Notes under the pieces: model-generated
Databases searched by the model: none
Told to the model about the DNA's origin: nothing
Seen by the model: the letters and a program-made list of their open reading frames with translations, nothing else
Made by a program: the position numbers and the translations under genes
Assembly: GCF_009914755.1 (NCBI RefSeq)
Contig: NC_060948.1
From: the human T2T-CHM13v2.0 reference genome, Homo sapiens
Direction: 5' to 3' (one strand)
DNA: 64,000 nt
Shown here: in pieces, positions 37,260 to 51,200 of the stretch
How positions within the stretch are numbered: the first letter of the stretch is position 1
How the letters are laid out: each line of letters begins with the position of its first letter

Positions 37260-40200
37260 GAGGTGGAGTTGAGTGGAATGGAGTGGAATGGAATGGGATG
37301 AATGGAATTGACTGGAGAGGAGTGGAATGGAATGGAATGGAAAGTCATGGAATTGAAAAAAATGGAGTGTAGTAGAATGTAGTGGATTGGAGTGGAGTGC
37401 AGGGGAGTGCAGTGGAATGAAGTGGAGTGTAGTTGAATGGAATGGAATGGTATGGAACGTACAGGAATGGAATGGATAAGAATGGAATGGAATGGAATCG
37501 CATGGAATTGAATAGAATCAAATCGAATTGAATAGAATCAAATGTAAAAATGGAGTCAAATGGAATCGAATGGCATAGAATGGAACGGTTTTGAATGTCA
37601 GTGAATGGAAACGAATGGAATGCGATGAAGTGGAGCGGAGTGGAGTGGAAAGGAGTGCAATGGAATAGGGTGGAACAGAATTTAATGGTACAGAGTGGAT
37701 TGGAGTGTACTGGAGTGGAATGGAATGGGAAGGAATGGGATTGAAAGGAGTGGCGTGCAGTGGAGTGGAGTGGCATGGAGTGGAGTGGAGTGGAATGGAG
37801 TGGAATGGAATGGAGTGGAATGGAGTGGATTGGAATGGAATGGAGTGCAGAGGAATGGAATGGAATGGTATAGAGTGGACAGGAATGGAGTGGAGTGGAT
37901 TGGAATGGAATGGAATGTAAGGGAATGGAACTGAATGGACTGGAATGGAATGGAATAGAATGGAATCGCAGGGAATCAAATTGGATTGAATCAAATCGAA
38001 TGGAAAAAATGAAATCAAATGAAATTGAATGGAATCGAATTGAATGTAAACAATGGGATCCAATGGAATCCAATGGAATCGAATCAAATGGTTTTGAATG
38101 GCATCAAATGAAATGGCATGGAAGGCAGTGAATTGGAGTGGAGTGGAATAGAGTGGAACGAATTGGAATGGAGTGTAGTGGAATGGCGTGGATTCCATTG
38201 GAGTGGAGTGGATTGGATTGGAATGGAATGGAATAGATTGGATTGGAGTGGTGCAGAGTGGAGTGGACTGGAGTGCAGAGGAATGGAGTGGAGTGAAGTC
38301 CAGTTGAGTGGAATGGAATGGAGTGGAGCAGAGTGGAATGCAATAGAATGAAGTGGAATGGTATGGAATGGAATGTCGAGGAATGACGTGGAATAGAAAG
38401 GAATGGAATCGCATGGAACGATACCAAATCAAATCGAATCAAACGGAAAATTATGAATCCTATGGAATCGAAAGGATTCTAAAGGAAGGGATTCGAAATG
38501 CATTGAATGGAATGGAAAGGAATGCAGTGGAGTGGAGTGGAGTGGAATGTTTTAGAGTGAACTTGGGTGGATTGGAACTCTATGGAGAGGAGTGGAGTGA
38601 AGTGGATAGGAGTGGAATGGAGTGCAATGGACTGGAGTGGAGTGGAATGGATTGGAGTGGAGTGGAGTGGATCGGAGTGGAGTGCCGTGGAGTGGACTAG
38701 AGTGAGGTGGAGTGGAGTACATTGGAGTGGAATGGAGTGGAGTGGGGTGCAATGGAATGGAATGGCATCAAATCGCATGGTAATGAATCAAATGGAATCA
38801 AATGGAATGGAAATAATGGAATCGAAGGCAAACGAATGGAATCGAATTGCACTGATTCTACTGACTTCGAACAAAATGAAATGAAACGCGGTGAAGTGGA
38901 GTGGAGTGGAATGTATTGGGTGGAATGGAATAGAATGGTGTGGAGTGGAGTGGAGTGCCCAGGAGGGGAACGGGAAGAAATGGAATTGAAGGGAGTGGAG
39001 TGGAGTGGAATGGGGCATAATGGAGTGGAATAGTGTGGAGTGGAGTAGAGTGGAATGGGTTGGAATGGAATGCAGAGGACAGGATTGGAGTGCGTTGGAC
39101 TGGAGTGCAGTAGAGTTGAGTGGAGTGGAGTGGATTGAAATAGAGCGGAGCAGAGTGGGATGGAATTGAATCACATGGTATTGAATCAAATCGAATGGAA
39201 TTAAATCGAATGTAAAAATGGAATCAAATGCAAACGAATGGAGTCAAACCACATTGGTTAAACTGACATCGAATAATATCAAAAGAAATGTGGTGAAGTG
39301 GAGTGGAGTGTAACGAAATGGAGTGGAATGAAATTGAATGGAGTGGGGTCGATTGGAGTCTACTGGAGTGGAATAGAATGGAATGGAAAGGAATGGAATA
39401 GAATGGAGTGAAGTGCAGTGCAGTGAAATGGAGTGGAAAGGAATGGAATGGAATGGAAGCAAATGGAATCGAAGTGAATCGCATCTAATGAAATTGATCG
39501 GAAAAAATGGAATGGAGTAGAATCGAAGAAGATGGATTCAAAAGGCAACAAATAGAATTGAATGGAATGCGGTGAGTTGGAGGGCATTGGAATGGAGTTG
39601 AATGGAATGGGGTGTAATTGAATTGAATGGAGTGGAGTGGATTGTAGTGGACTGGAGTGGAATGGAACGGAATGGGCAGGAATTTAATTGAAAGGGGTGA
39701 ATTGGAATTGAGTGCTGTGGATTGGAGTAGACTGCATTGTAGTGGATTGGAGTGGAAAGAAGTGGAGTGGAATGGAATTGAATGCAATGGAGTGGGGTGG
39801 AATGGAATGGAGTGGAGTAGAATGGAATTTAATGGAGTGGAGTGGAATTGAGTGGAATGGAGAGTAATGGAGTGGAGTGGACTGGAGCGAAGTGGAGTGT
39901 AGTGCATTGGACTGTAGGGGATTGAAGTGGCTTGGAGTGCAATGGAGTGGAGTGGAATGGAATGTAATGCCATGGAATGGAATGGAATGGAATGTAGTGG
40001 AATGGAATCGAATCACATGGAACTGAATCAAATCGAATTGAATGAAATTGAATGGAAAAAATGGAATCCAATGGAATCAAATCGAATGGATTCGAATGAC
40101 ATTGAATGGAATCGAAATGAATGCAGTGAGGTGGAGTTGAGTGGAGTGGAGTGGAATGGAATGGGATGAATGGAATTGACTGGAGAGGAGTGGAATGGAA

Positions 40201-43200
40201 TGGAATGGAAAGCAATGGAATTGAACAAAATGGAGTGTAGTAGAATGTAGTGGATTGGAGTGGAGTGCCGGGGAGTGCAGTGAAATGAAGAGGATTGTAG
40301 TTGAATGGAATGGAATGGTATGGAACGTACTGGAATGGAATGGATAAGAACGGAATGGAATGGAATCGCATGGAATTGAAAAGAATCAAATCGAATTGAA
40401 TAGAATCAAATGGAAAAAATGGAGGCAAATGGAATCGAATGTCATAGAATCGAACGGTTTTGAATGTCAGTGAATGGAAACGAATGGAATGCGATGAAGT
40501 GGAGCGGAGTGGAGTGGAAAGGAGTGCAATGGAATAGGGTGGAACAGAATTTAATGGAACAGAGTGGATTGGAGTGGACTGGAGTGGAATGGAAAGGGAA
40601 GGAATGGGATTGAAAAGAGTGGCGTGCAGTGGAGTGGAGTGGCATGGAGTGGAGTGGAGTGGAATGGAGTGGAATGGAATGGAGTGGAATGGAGTGGATT
40701 GGAATGGAATGGAGTGCAGAGGAATGGAATGGAATGGTATAGAGTGGACAGGAATGGAGTGGAGTGGATTGGAATGGAATGGAATGTAAGGGAATGGAAC
40801 TGAATGGACTGGAATGGAATGGAATAGAATGGAATCGCAGGGAATCAAATTGGATTGAATCGAATCGAATGGAAAAAATGAAAACAAATGAAATTGAATG
40901 GAATCGAATTGAATGTAAACAATGGAATCCAATGGAGTCAAATGGAATCGAATCAAATGGTTTTGAATGGCATCAAATGAAATGACATGGAAGGCAGTGA
41001 ATTGGAGTGGAGTGGAATAGAGAGGAATGAATTGGAATGGAGTGTAGTGGAATGGCGTGGATTCCAGTGGAGTGGAGTGGATTGGATTTGAATGGAATGG
41101 AATAGATTCTATTCGAGTGGTGCAGAGTGGAGTGGACTGGAGTGCAGAGGAATGGAGTGGAGTGAAGTCCAGTTGAGTGGAATGGAATGGAGTGGAGCAG
41201 AGTGGAATGCAAAAGAATGAAGTGGATTGTTATGGAATGGAATGGCGTGGAATGGCGTGGAATAGAATGAAATTAAATCGCATGGAATGATACCAAATCA
41301 AATCGAATCAAACGGAAAATTATGAATCCAATGGAATCGAAAGGATTCTAAAGGAATGGATTCGAAAGGCATTGAATGGAATGTAAAGGAATGCAGTGGA
41401 GTGGAGTGGAGTGGAATGTTTTAGAGTAAACTTGGGTGGATTGGAAATCTATGGAGAGGAGTGCAGTGAAGTGGATTGGAGTGGAATGGAGTGCAATGGA
41501 CTGGAGTGGACTGGAATGGATTGGAGTGGAGTGGATTGGATCGGAGCGGAGTGCCGTGGAGTGGACTAGAGTGAGGTGGAGTGGAGTGCATTGGAGTGGA
41601 ATGGAGTGGAGTGGGGTGCAACGGAATGGAATGGCATCAAATCGCATGGTAATGAATCAAATGGAATCAAATCGAATGGAAATAATGGAATCGAAGGCAA
41701 ACGAATGGAATCGAATTGCACTGATTCTACTGACTTCGAACAAAATGAAATGAAACGCGCTGAAGTGGAGTGGAGTGGAATGTATTGGGTGGAATGGAAT
41801 AGAATGGTGTGGAGTGGAGTGGAGTGCCCAGGAGTGGAATGGGAAGAAATGGAATTGAACGGAGTGGAGTGGAGTGGAATGGGGCATAATGGAGTGGAAT
41901 AGTGTGGAGTGGAGTAGAGTGGAATAGGTTGGAGTGGAATGCAGAGGACAGGATTGGAGTGCGGTGGACTGGAGTGGAGTAGAGTTGAGTGGAGTGGAGT
42001 GGATTGAAATAGAGCGGAGCAGAGAGGGATGGAATTGAATCACATGGAATTGAATCAAATCGAATGGAATTAAATCGAATGAAAAAATGGAATCAAATGT
42101 AAACGAATGGAGTCAAACCACATTGGTTAAACTGAGATAGAATAATATCAAAAGAAATGTGGTGAAGTGGAGTGGAGTGTAACGAAATGGAGTGGAATGA
42201 AATTGAATGGAGTGGGGTCGATTGGAGTCTACTGGAGTGGAATGGAATGGAATGGAAAGGAATGGAATAGAATGGAGTGAAGTGTAGTGCAGTGAAATGG
42301 AGTGGAAAGGAATGGAATGGAATGGAATGGAATCAAATGGAATCGAAGTGAATCGAAGCTAATGAAATTGATCAGAAAAAATCGAATGGAGTCGAATCGA
42401 ATAATATGGATTCAAAAGGCAACAAATAGAATGAATGGAATGCGGTGAGTTGGAGGGCAATGGAATGGAGTTGAATGGAATGGCGTGTAATTGAATTGAA
42501 TGGAGTGGAGTGGATTGGAGTGGACTGGAGTGGAATGGAACAGAATGGGCAGGAATGGAATTGAAAGGCGTGAATTGTAATTGAGTGCTGTGGATTGGAG
42601 TAGACTGCATTGTAGTGGATTGCAGTGGAAAGAAGTGGAGTGGAATGGAATGGAAGGCAATGGAGTGGAGGGGAATGGAATGGAGTGGAGTAGAATGGAA
42701 TTTAATGGAGTGGAGTGGAATTGAGTGGAATGGAGAGTAATGGAGTGGAGTGGACTGGAGCGAAGTGGAGTGTAGTGCATTAGACTGTAGGGGATTGAAG
42801 TGGCTTGGAGTGCAATGGAGTGGAGTGGAATGGAATGTAATGGAATGGAATGGAATGGAATGGAATGGAATGGAGTGGAATGGAATCGAATCACATGGAA
42901 CTGAATCAAATCGAATTGAATGAAATTGAATGGAAAAAATGGAATGAAATGGAATCAAATCGAATGGATTCGAATGACATTGAATGGAATCGAAAGGAAT
43001 GCAGTGAGGTGTAGTTGAGTGGAGTGGAGTGGAATGGAATGGGATGAATGGAATTGACTGGAGAGGAGTGGAATGGAATGGAATGGAAAGGAATGGAATT
43101 GAACGAAATGGAGTGTGGTAGAATGTAGTGGATTGGAGTGGAGTGCAGGGGAGTGCAGTGGAATGAAGAGGAGTGTAGTTGAATGGAATGGAATGGTATG

Positions 43201-45200
43201 GAACGTACTGGAATGGAATGGATAAGAATGGAATGGAATGGAATCGCATAGAATTGAATAGAATGAAATCGAATTGAATAGAATCAAATGGAAAAAATGG
43301 AGGCAAATGGAATCGAATGTCATAGAATCGAACGGTTTTGAATGTCAGAGAATGGAAACGAATGGAATGCGATGATGTAGAGCGGAGTGGAGTGGAAAGG
43401 AGTGCAATGGAATAGGGTGGAAAAGAATTTAATGGAACAGAGTGGATTGGAGTGGACTGGAGTGGAATGGAATGGGAAGGAATGGGATTGAAAGGAGTGG
43501 CGTGCAGTGGAGTGGAGTGGCATGGAGTGGAGTGGAGTGGAATGGAGTGGAATGGAATGGAGTGGAATGGAGTGGATTGGAATGGAATGGAGTGCAGAGG
43601 AATGGAATGGAATGGTATAGAGTGGACAGGAATGGAGTGGAGTGGATTGGAATGGAATGGAATGTAAGGGAATGGAACTGAATGGACTGGAATGGAATGG
43701 AGTAGAATGGAATCACAGGGAATCAAATTGGATTGAATCGAATCGAATGGAGAAAATGAAATCAAATGAAATTGAATGGAATCGAATTGAATGTAAACAA
43801 TGGAATCCAATGGAGTCAAATGGAATCGAATCAAATGGTTTTGAATGGCATCAAATGAAATGGCATGGAAGGCAGTGAATTGGAGTGGAGTGGAATAGAG
43901 AGGAATGAATTGGAATGGAGTGTAGTGGAATGGAGTGGATTGGATTGGAATGGAATGGAATAGATTGGATTGGAGTGGTGCAGAGTGGAGTGGACTGGAG
44001 TGCAGAGGAATGGAGTGGAGTGAAGTCCAGTTGAGTGGAATGGAATGGAGTGGAGCAGAGTGGAATTCAAAAGAATGAAGTGGATTGGTATGGAATGGAA
44101 TGGCGTGGAATGGCGTGGAATAGAATGGAATGGAATCGCATGGAATGATATGAAATCAAATCGAATTGAACGGAAAATTATGAATCCAATGGAATCGAAA
44201 GGATTCTAAAGGAATGGATTCGAAAGGCATTGAATGGAATGGAAAGGAATGCAGTGAAGTGGAGTGGAGTGGAGTGGAATGTTTCAGAGTGAACTGGGGT
44301 GGATTGGAACTCTATGGCGGGGAGTGGAGTGAAGTGGATTGGAGTGGAATGGAGCGCAATGGACTGGAGTGGAGTGGAATGGATTGTAGTGGAGTTGAGT
44401 GGATCGGAGTGGAGTGCTGTGGAGTGGACTAGAGTGGGGTGGAGTGGAGTGCATTGGAGTGGAATGGAACGGAGTGGGGTGGAATGGAATGGAATGGAAT
44501 CAAATCGCATGGTAATGAATCAAATGGAATCAAATCGAATGGAAATAATGGAATCGAAGGGAAACGAATGGAATCGAATTGCACTGATTCTACTGACTTC
44601 GAGGAAAATGAAATGAAATGCGGTGAAGTGGAATGGAGGGAATGTATTAGGGTGGAATGAAATTGAATGGTGTGGAGTGGAGTGGAGTGCCCAGGAGTGG
44701 AATGGGAAGAAATGAAATTGAACGGAGTGGAGTGGAGTGGAATGGGGGATAATGGAGTGGAGTAGAGTGGAGTGGAGTAGAGTGGAATGGGTTGGAGTGT
44801 AATGCAGAGTACAGGAGTGGAGTGCGGTGGACTGGAGTGGAGTGGAGTTGAGTGGAGTGGATTGGATTGAAATAGAGCGGAGCAGAGTGGAATGGAATTG
44901 AATCACATGGTATTGAATCAAATCGAATGGAATTAAATCGAATCAAAAAATGGAATCAAAAGCAAACGAATGGAGTCAAACCTCATTGGTTAAACTGACA
45001 TCGAAAAATATCAAATGTAATGTGGTGAAGTGGAGTGGAGTGTAATGAAATGGGGTGGAATGAAATTGAATGGAGTGGAGTGGATTGGAGTCTACTGGAG
45101 TGGAATGGAACGGAATGCAAAGGAATGGAAAGAATGCAGTGAAGTGCAGTGCAGTGAAATGGAGTGGAAAGGAATGGAATGGAATGGAATGGAATGGAAT
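37260..45200 (+). repeat. Multi-monomer block, copy 3 (offset +20,106 from copy 1; +8,604 from copy 2)
   Basis: BamHI site at 38056-38061 and hairpin variant at 41100-41114. The 491-aa artefact ORF at 22253 recurs at 42359, and the 20-bp deletion recurs at ~43941. Confidence 0.8.
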
Positions 45201-48200
45201 GGAACGGAATCAAATGGTATCGAAGTGAATCGAATCTAATGAAATTGATCGGAAAAAATGGAATGGAGTAGAATCGAATAAGATGGATTCAAAGGCAACA
45301 AATAGAATTGAATGGAATGCGGTGAGGTGGAGGGCATTGGAATGGAGTTGAATGGAATGGGGTATAATTGAATTGAATGGAGTGGAGTGGATTGTAGTGG
45401 ACTGGAGTGGAATGGAACGGAATGGGCAGGAATGGAATTGAAAGGGGTGAATTGGAATTGAGTGCTGTGGATTGGAGTAGACTGCATTCTAGTGGATTGG
45501 AGTGGAAAGAAGTGGAGTGGAATGGAATGGAATGCAATGGAGTGGAGTGGAATGGAATGGATTGGAGTAGAATGGAATTTAATGGAGTGGAGTGGAATTG
45601 AGTGGAATGGAGAGTAATGGAGTGGAGTGGACTGGAGCGAAGTGGAGTGTAGTGCATTGGACTGTAGGGGATTGAAGTGGCTTGGAGTGCAATGGAGTGG
45701 AGTGGAATGGAATGTAATGGAATGGAATGGAATGGAATGGAATGTAGTGGAATGGAATCGAATCACATGGAACTGAATCAAATCGAATTGAATGAAATTG
45801 AATGGAAAAAATGGAATCAAATGGAATCAAATCGAATGGATTCGAATGACATTGAATGGAATCGAAAGGAATGCAGTGAGGTGGAGTTGAGTGGAGTGGA
45901 GTGGAATGGAATGGGATGAATGGAATTGACTGGAGAGGAGTGGAATGGAATGGAATGGAAAGGAATGGAATTGAACGAAATGGAGTGTAGTAGAATGTAG
46001 TGGATTGGAGTGGAGTGCAGGGGAGTGCAGTGGAATGAAGAGGAGTGTAGTTGAATGGAATGGAATGGTATGGAACGTACTGGAATGGAATGGATAAGAA
46101 TGGAATGGAATGGAATCGCATGGAATTGAATAGAATGAAATCGAATTGAATAGAATCAAATGGAAAAAATGGAGGCAAATGGAATCGAATGTCATAGAAT
46201 CGAACGGTTTTGAATGTCAGTGAATGGAAACGAATGGAATGCGATGAAGTGGAGCGGAGTGGAGTGGAAAGGAGTGCAATGGAATAGGGTGGAACAGAAT
46301 TTAATGGAACAGAGTGGATTGGAGTGGACTGGAGTGGAATGGAAAGGGAAGGAATGGGATTGAAAGGAGTGGCGTGCAGTGGAGTGGAGTGGCATGGAGT
46401 GGAGTGGAGTGGAATGGAGTGGAATGGAATGGAGTGGAATGGAGTGGATTGGAATGGAATGGAGTGCAGAGGAATGGAATGGAATAGTATAGAGTGGACA
46501 GGAATGGAGTGGAGTGGATTGGAATGGAATGGAATGTAAGGGAATGGAACTGAATGGACTGGAATGGAATGGAATAGAATGGAATCGCAGGGAATCAAAT
46601 TGGATTGAATCGAATCGAATGGAGAAAATGAAATCAAATGAAATTGAATGGAATCGAATTGAATGTAAACAATGGAATCCAATGGAGTCAAATGGAATCG
46701 AATCAAATGGTTTTGAATGGCATCAAATGAAATGGCATGGAAGGCAGTGAATTGGAGTGGAGTGGAATAGAGAGGAATGAATTGGAATGGAGTGTAGTGG
46801 AATGGAGTGGATTCCAATGGATTGGAGTGGATTGGATTGGAATGGAATGGAATAGATTGGATTGGAGTGGTGCAGAGTGGAGTGGACTGGAGTGCAGAGG
46901 AATGGAGTGGAGTGAAGTCCAGTTGAGTGGAATGGAATGGAGTGGAGCAGAGTGGAATTCAAAAGAATGAAGTGGATTGGTATGGAATGGAATGGCGTGG
47001 AATGGCGTGGAATAGAATGGAATGGAATCGCATGGAATGATATGAAATCAAATCGAATTGAACGGAAAATTATGAATCCAATGGAATCGAAAGGATTCTA
47101 AAGGAATGGATTCGAAAGGCATTGAATGGAATGGAAAGGAATGCAGTGAAGTGGAGTGGAGTGGAGTGGAATGTTTTAGAGTGAACTGGGGTGGATTGGA
47201 ACTCTATGGCGGGGAGTGGAGTGAAGTGGATTAGAGTGGAATGGAGTGCAATGGACTGGAGTGGAGTGGAATGGATTGGAGTGGAGTGGAGTGGATCGGA
47301 GTGGAGTGCTGTGGAGTGGACTAGAGTGGGGTGGAGTGGAGTACATTGGAGTGGAATGGAACGGAGTGGGGTGGAATTGAATGGAATGGAATCAAATCGC
47401 ATGGTAATGAATCAAATGGAATCAAATCGAATGGAAATAATGGAATTGAAGGGAAACGAATGGAATCGAATTGCACTGATTCTACTGACTTCGAGGAAAA
47501 TGAAATGAAATGCGGTGAAGTGGAATGGAGGGAATGTATTAGGGTGGAATGGAATTGAATGGTGTGGAGTGGAGTGGAGTGCCCAGGAGTGGAATGGGAA
47601 GAAATGGAATTGAACGGAGTGGAGTGGAGTGGAATGGGGGATAATGGAGTGGAGTAGAGTGGAGTGGAGTAGAGTGGAATGGGTTGGAGTGTAATGCAGA
47701 GTACAGGAGTGGAGTGCGGTGGACTGGAGTGGAGTGGAGTTGAGTGGAGTGGATTGGATTGAAATAGAGCGGAGCAGAGTGGAATGGAATTGAATCACAT
47801 GGTATTGAATCAAATCGAATGGAATTAAATCGAATGAAAAAATGGAATCAAAAGCAAACGAATGGAGTCAAACATCATTGGTTAAACTGACATCGAAAAA
47901 TATCAAATGAAATGTGGTGAAGTGGAGTGCAGTGTAATGAAATGGGGTGGAATGAAATTGAATGGAGTGGAGTGGATCGGAGTCTACTGGAGTGGAATGG
48001 AACGGAATGTAAAGGAATGGAATAGACTGCAGTGAAGTGCAGTGCAGTGAAATGGAGTGGAAAGGAATGGAATGGAATGGAATGGAACGGAAACAAATGG
48101 TATCGAAGTGAATCGAATCTAATGAAATTGATCGGAAAAAATGGAATGGAGTAGAATCGAATAAGATGGATTCAAAGGCAACAAATAGAATTGAATGGAA

Positions 48201-51200
48201 TGCGGTGAGGTGGAGGGCATTGGAATGGAGTTGAATGGAATGGGGTATAATTGAATTGAATGGATTGGAGTGGATTGTAGTGGACTGGAGTGGAATGGAA
48301 CGGAATGGGCAGGAATGGAATTGAAAGGGGTGAATTGGAATTGAGTGCTGTGGATTGGAGTAGACTGCATTCTAGTGGATTGGAGTGGAAAGAAGTGGAG
48401 TGGAATGGAATGGAATGCAATGGAGTGGAGTGGAATGGAATGGAGTGGAGTAGAATGGAATTTAATGGAGTGGAGTGGAATTGAGTGGAATGGAGAGTAA
48501 TGGAGTGGAGTGGACTGGAGCAAAGTGGAGTGTAGTGCATTGGACTGTAGGGGATTGAAGTGGCTTGGAGTGCAATGGAGTGGAGTGGAATGGAATGTAA
48601 TGTAATGGAATGGAATGAAATGGAATGTAGTGGAATGGAATCGAATCACATGGAACTGAATCAAATCGAATTGAATGAAATTGAATGGAAAAAAATGGAA
48701 TGAAATGGAATCAAATCGAATGGATTCGAATGACATTGAATGGAATCGAAAGGAATGCAGTGAGGTGGAGTTGAGTGGAGTGGAGTGGAATGGAATGGGA
48801 TGAATGGAATTGACTGGAGAGGAGTGGAATGGAATGGAACGGAAAGGAATGGAATTGAACGAAATGGAGTGTAGTAGAATGTAGTGGATTGGAGTGGAGT
48901 GCAGGGGAGTGCAGTGGAATGAAGAGGAGTGTAGTTGAATGGAATGGAACGGTATGGAACGTACTGGAATGGAATGGATAAGAATGGAATGGAATGGAAT
49001 CGCATGGAATTGAATAGAATGAAATCGAATTGAATAGAATCAAATGGAAAAAATGGAGGCAAATGGAATCGAATGTCATAGAATCGAACGGTTTTGAATG
49101 TCAGTGAATGGAAACGAATGGAATGCGATGAAGTGGAGCGGAGTGGAGTGGAAAGGAGTGCAATGGAATAGGGTGGAACAGAATTTAATGGAACAGAGTG
49201 GATTGGAGTGGACTGGAGTGGAATGGAAAGGGAAGGAATGGGATTGAAAGGAGTGGCGTGCAGTGGAGTGGAGTGGCATGGAGTGGAGTGGAGTGGAATG
49301 GAGTGGAATGGAATGGAGTGGAATGGAGTGGATTGGAATGGAATGGAGTGCAGAGGAATGGAATGGAATAGTATAGAGTGGACAGGAATGGAGTGGAGTG
49401 GATTGGAATGGAATGGATTGTAAGGGAATGGAACTGAATGGACTGGAATGGAATGGAATAGAATGGAATCGCAGGGAATCAAATTGGATTGAATCGAATC
49501 GAATGGAGAAAATGAAATCAAATGAAATTGAATGGAATCGAATTGAATGTAAACAATGGAATCCAATGGAGTCAAATGGAATCGAATCAAATGGTTTTGA
49601 ATGGCATCAAATGAAATGGCATGGAAGGCAGTGAATTGGAGTGGAGTGGAATAGAGAGGAATGAATTGGAATGGAGTGTAGTGGAATGGAGTGGATTCCA
49701 ATGGATTGGAGTGGATTGGATTGGAATGGAATGGAATAGATTGGATTGGAGTGGTGCAGAGTGGAGTGGACTGGAGTGCAGAGGAATGGAGTGGAGTGAA
49801 GTCCAGTTGAGTGGAATGGAATGGAGTGGAGCAGAGTGGAATTCAAAAGAATGAAGTGGATTGGTATGGAATGGAATGGCGTGGAATGGCGTGGAATAGA
49901 ATGGAATGGAATGGAATGGAATCGCATGGAATGATATGAAATCAAATCGAATTGAACGGAAAATTATGAATCCAATGGAATCGAAAGGATTCTAAAGGAA
50001 TGGATTCGAAAGGCATTGAATGGAATGGAAAGGAATGCAGTGAAGTGGAGTGGAGTGGAGTGGAATGTTTTAGAGTGAACTGGGGTGGATTGGAACTCTA
50101 TGGCGGGGAGTGGAGTGAAGTGGATTGGAGTGGAATGGAGTGCAATGGACTGGAGTGGAGTGGAATGGATTGGAGTGGAGTGGAGTGGATCGGAGTGGAG
50201 TGCTGTGGAGTGGACTAGAGTGGGGTGGAGTGGAGTACATTGGAGTGGAATGGAACGGAGTGGGGTGGAATTGAATGGAATGGAATCAAATCGCATGGTA
50301 AAGAATCAAATGGAATCAAATCGAATGGAAATAATGGAATCGAAGGGAAACGAATGGAATCGAATTGCACTGATTCTACTGACTTCGAGGAAAATGAAAT
50401 GAAATGCGGTGAAGTGGAATGGAGGGAATGTATTAGGGTGGAATGGAAGTGAATGGTGTGGAGTGGAGTGGAGTGCCCAGGAGTTGAATGGGAAGAAATG
50501 GAATTGAACGGAGTGGAGTGGAGTGGAATGGGGGATAATGGAGTGGAGTAGAGTGGAGTGGAGTAGAGTGGAATGGGTTGGAGTGTAATGCAGAGTACAG
50601 GAGTGGAGTGCGGTGGACTGGAGTGGAGTGGAGTTGAGTGGAGTGGATTGGATTGAAATAGAGCGGAGCAGAGTGGAATGGAATTGAATCACATGGTATT
50701 GAATCAAATCGAATGGAATTAAATCGAATGAAAAAATCGAATCAAAAGCAAACGAATGGAGTCAAACCTCATTGGTTAAACTGACATCGAAAAATATCAA
50801 ATGAAATGTGGTGAAGTGGAGTGCAGTGTAATGAAATGGGGTGGAATGAAATTGAATGGAGTGGAGTGGATCGGAGTCTACTGGAGTGGAATGGAACGGA
50901 ATGTAAAGGAATGGAATAGACTGCAGTGAAGTGCAGTGCAGTGAAATGGAGTGGAAAGGAATGGAATGGAATGGAATGGAACGGAAACAAATGGTATCGA
51001 AGTGAATCGAATCTAATGAAATTGATCGGAAAAAATGGAATGGAGTAGAATCGAATAAGATGGATTCAAAGGCAACAAATAGAATTGAATGGAATGCGGT
51101 GAGGTGGAGGGCATTGGAATGGAGTTGAATGGAATGGGGTATAATTGAATTGAATGGAGTGGAGTGGATTGTAGTGGACTGGAGTGGAATGGAACGGAAT

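Noticed and set aside
48686-48698. Single-copy A-homopolymer length variants (7 A here; similar at ~2782 and ~10494) and a 1-bp deletion near 45130
   Set aside because: Private homopolymer or 1-bp indels cannot be told apart from consensus errors without reads.
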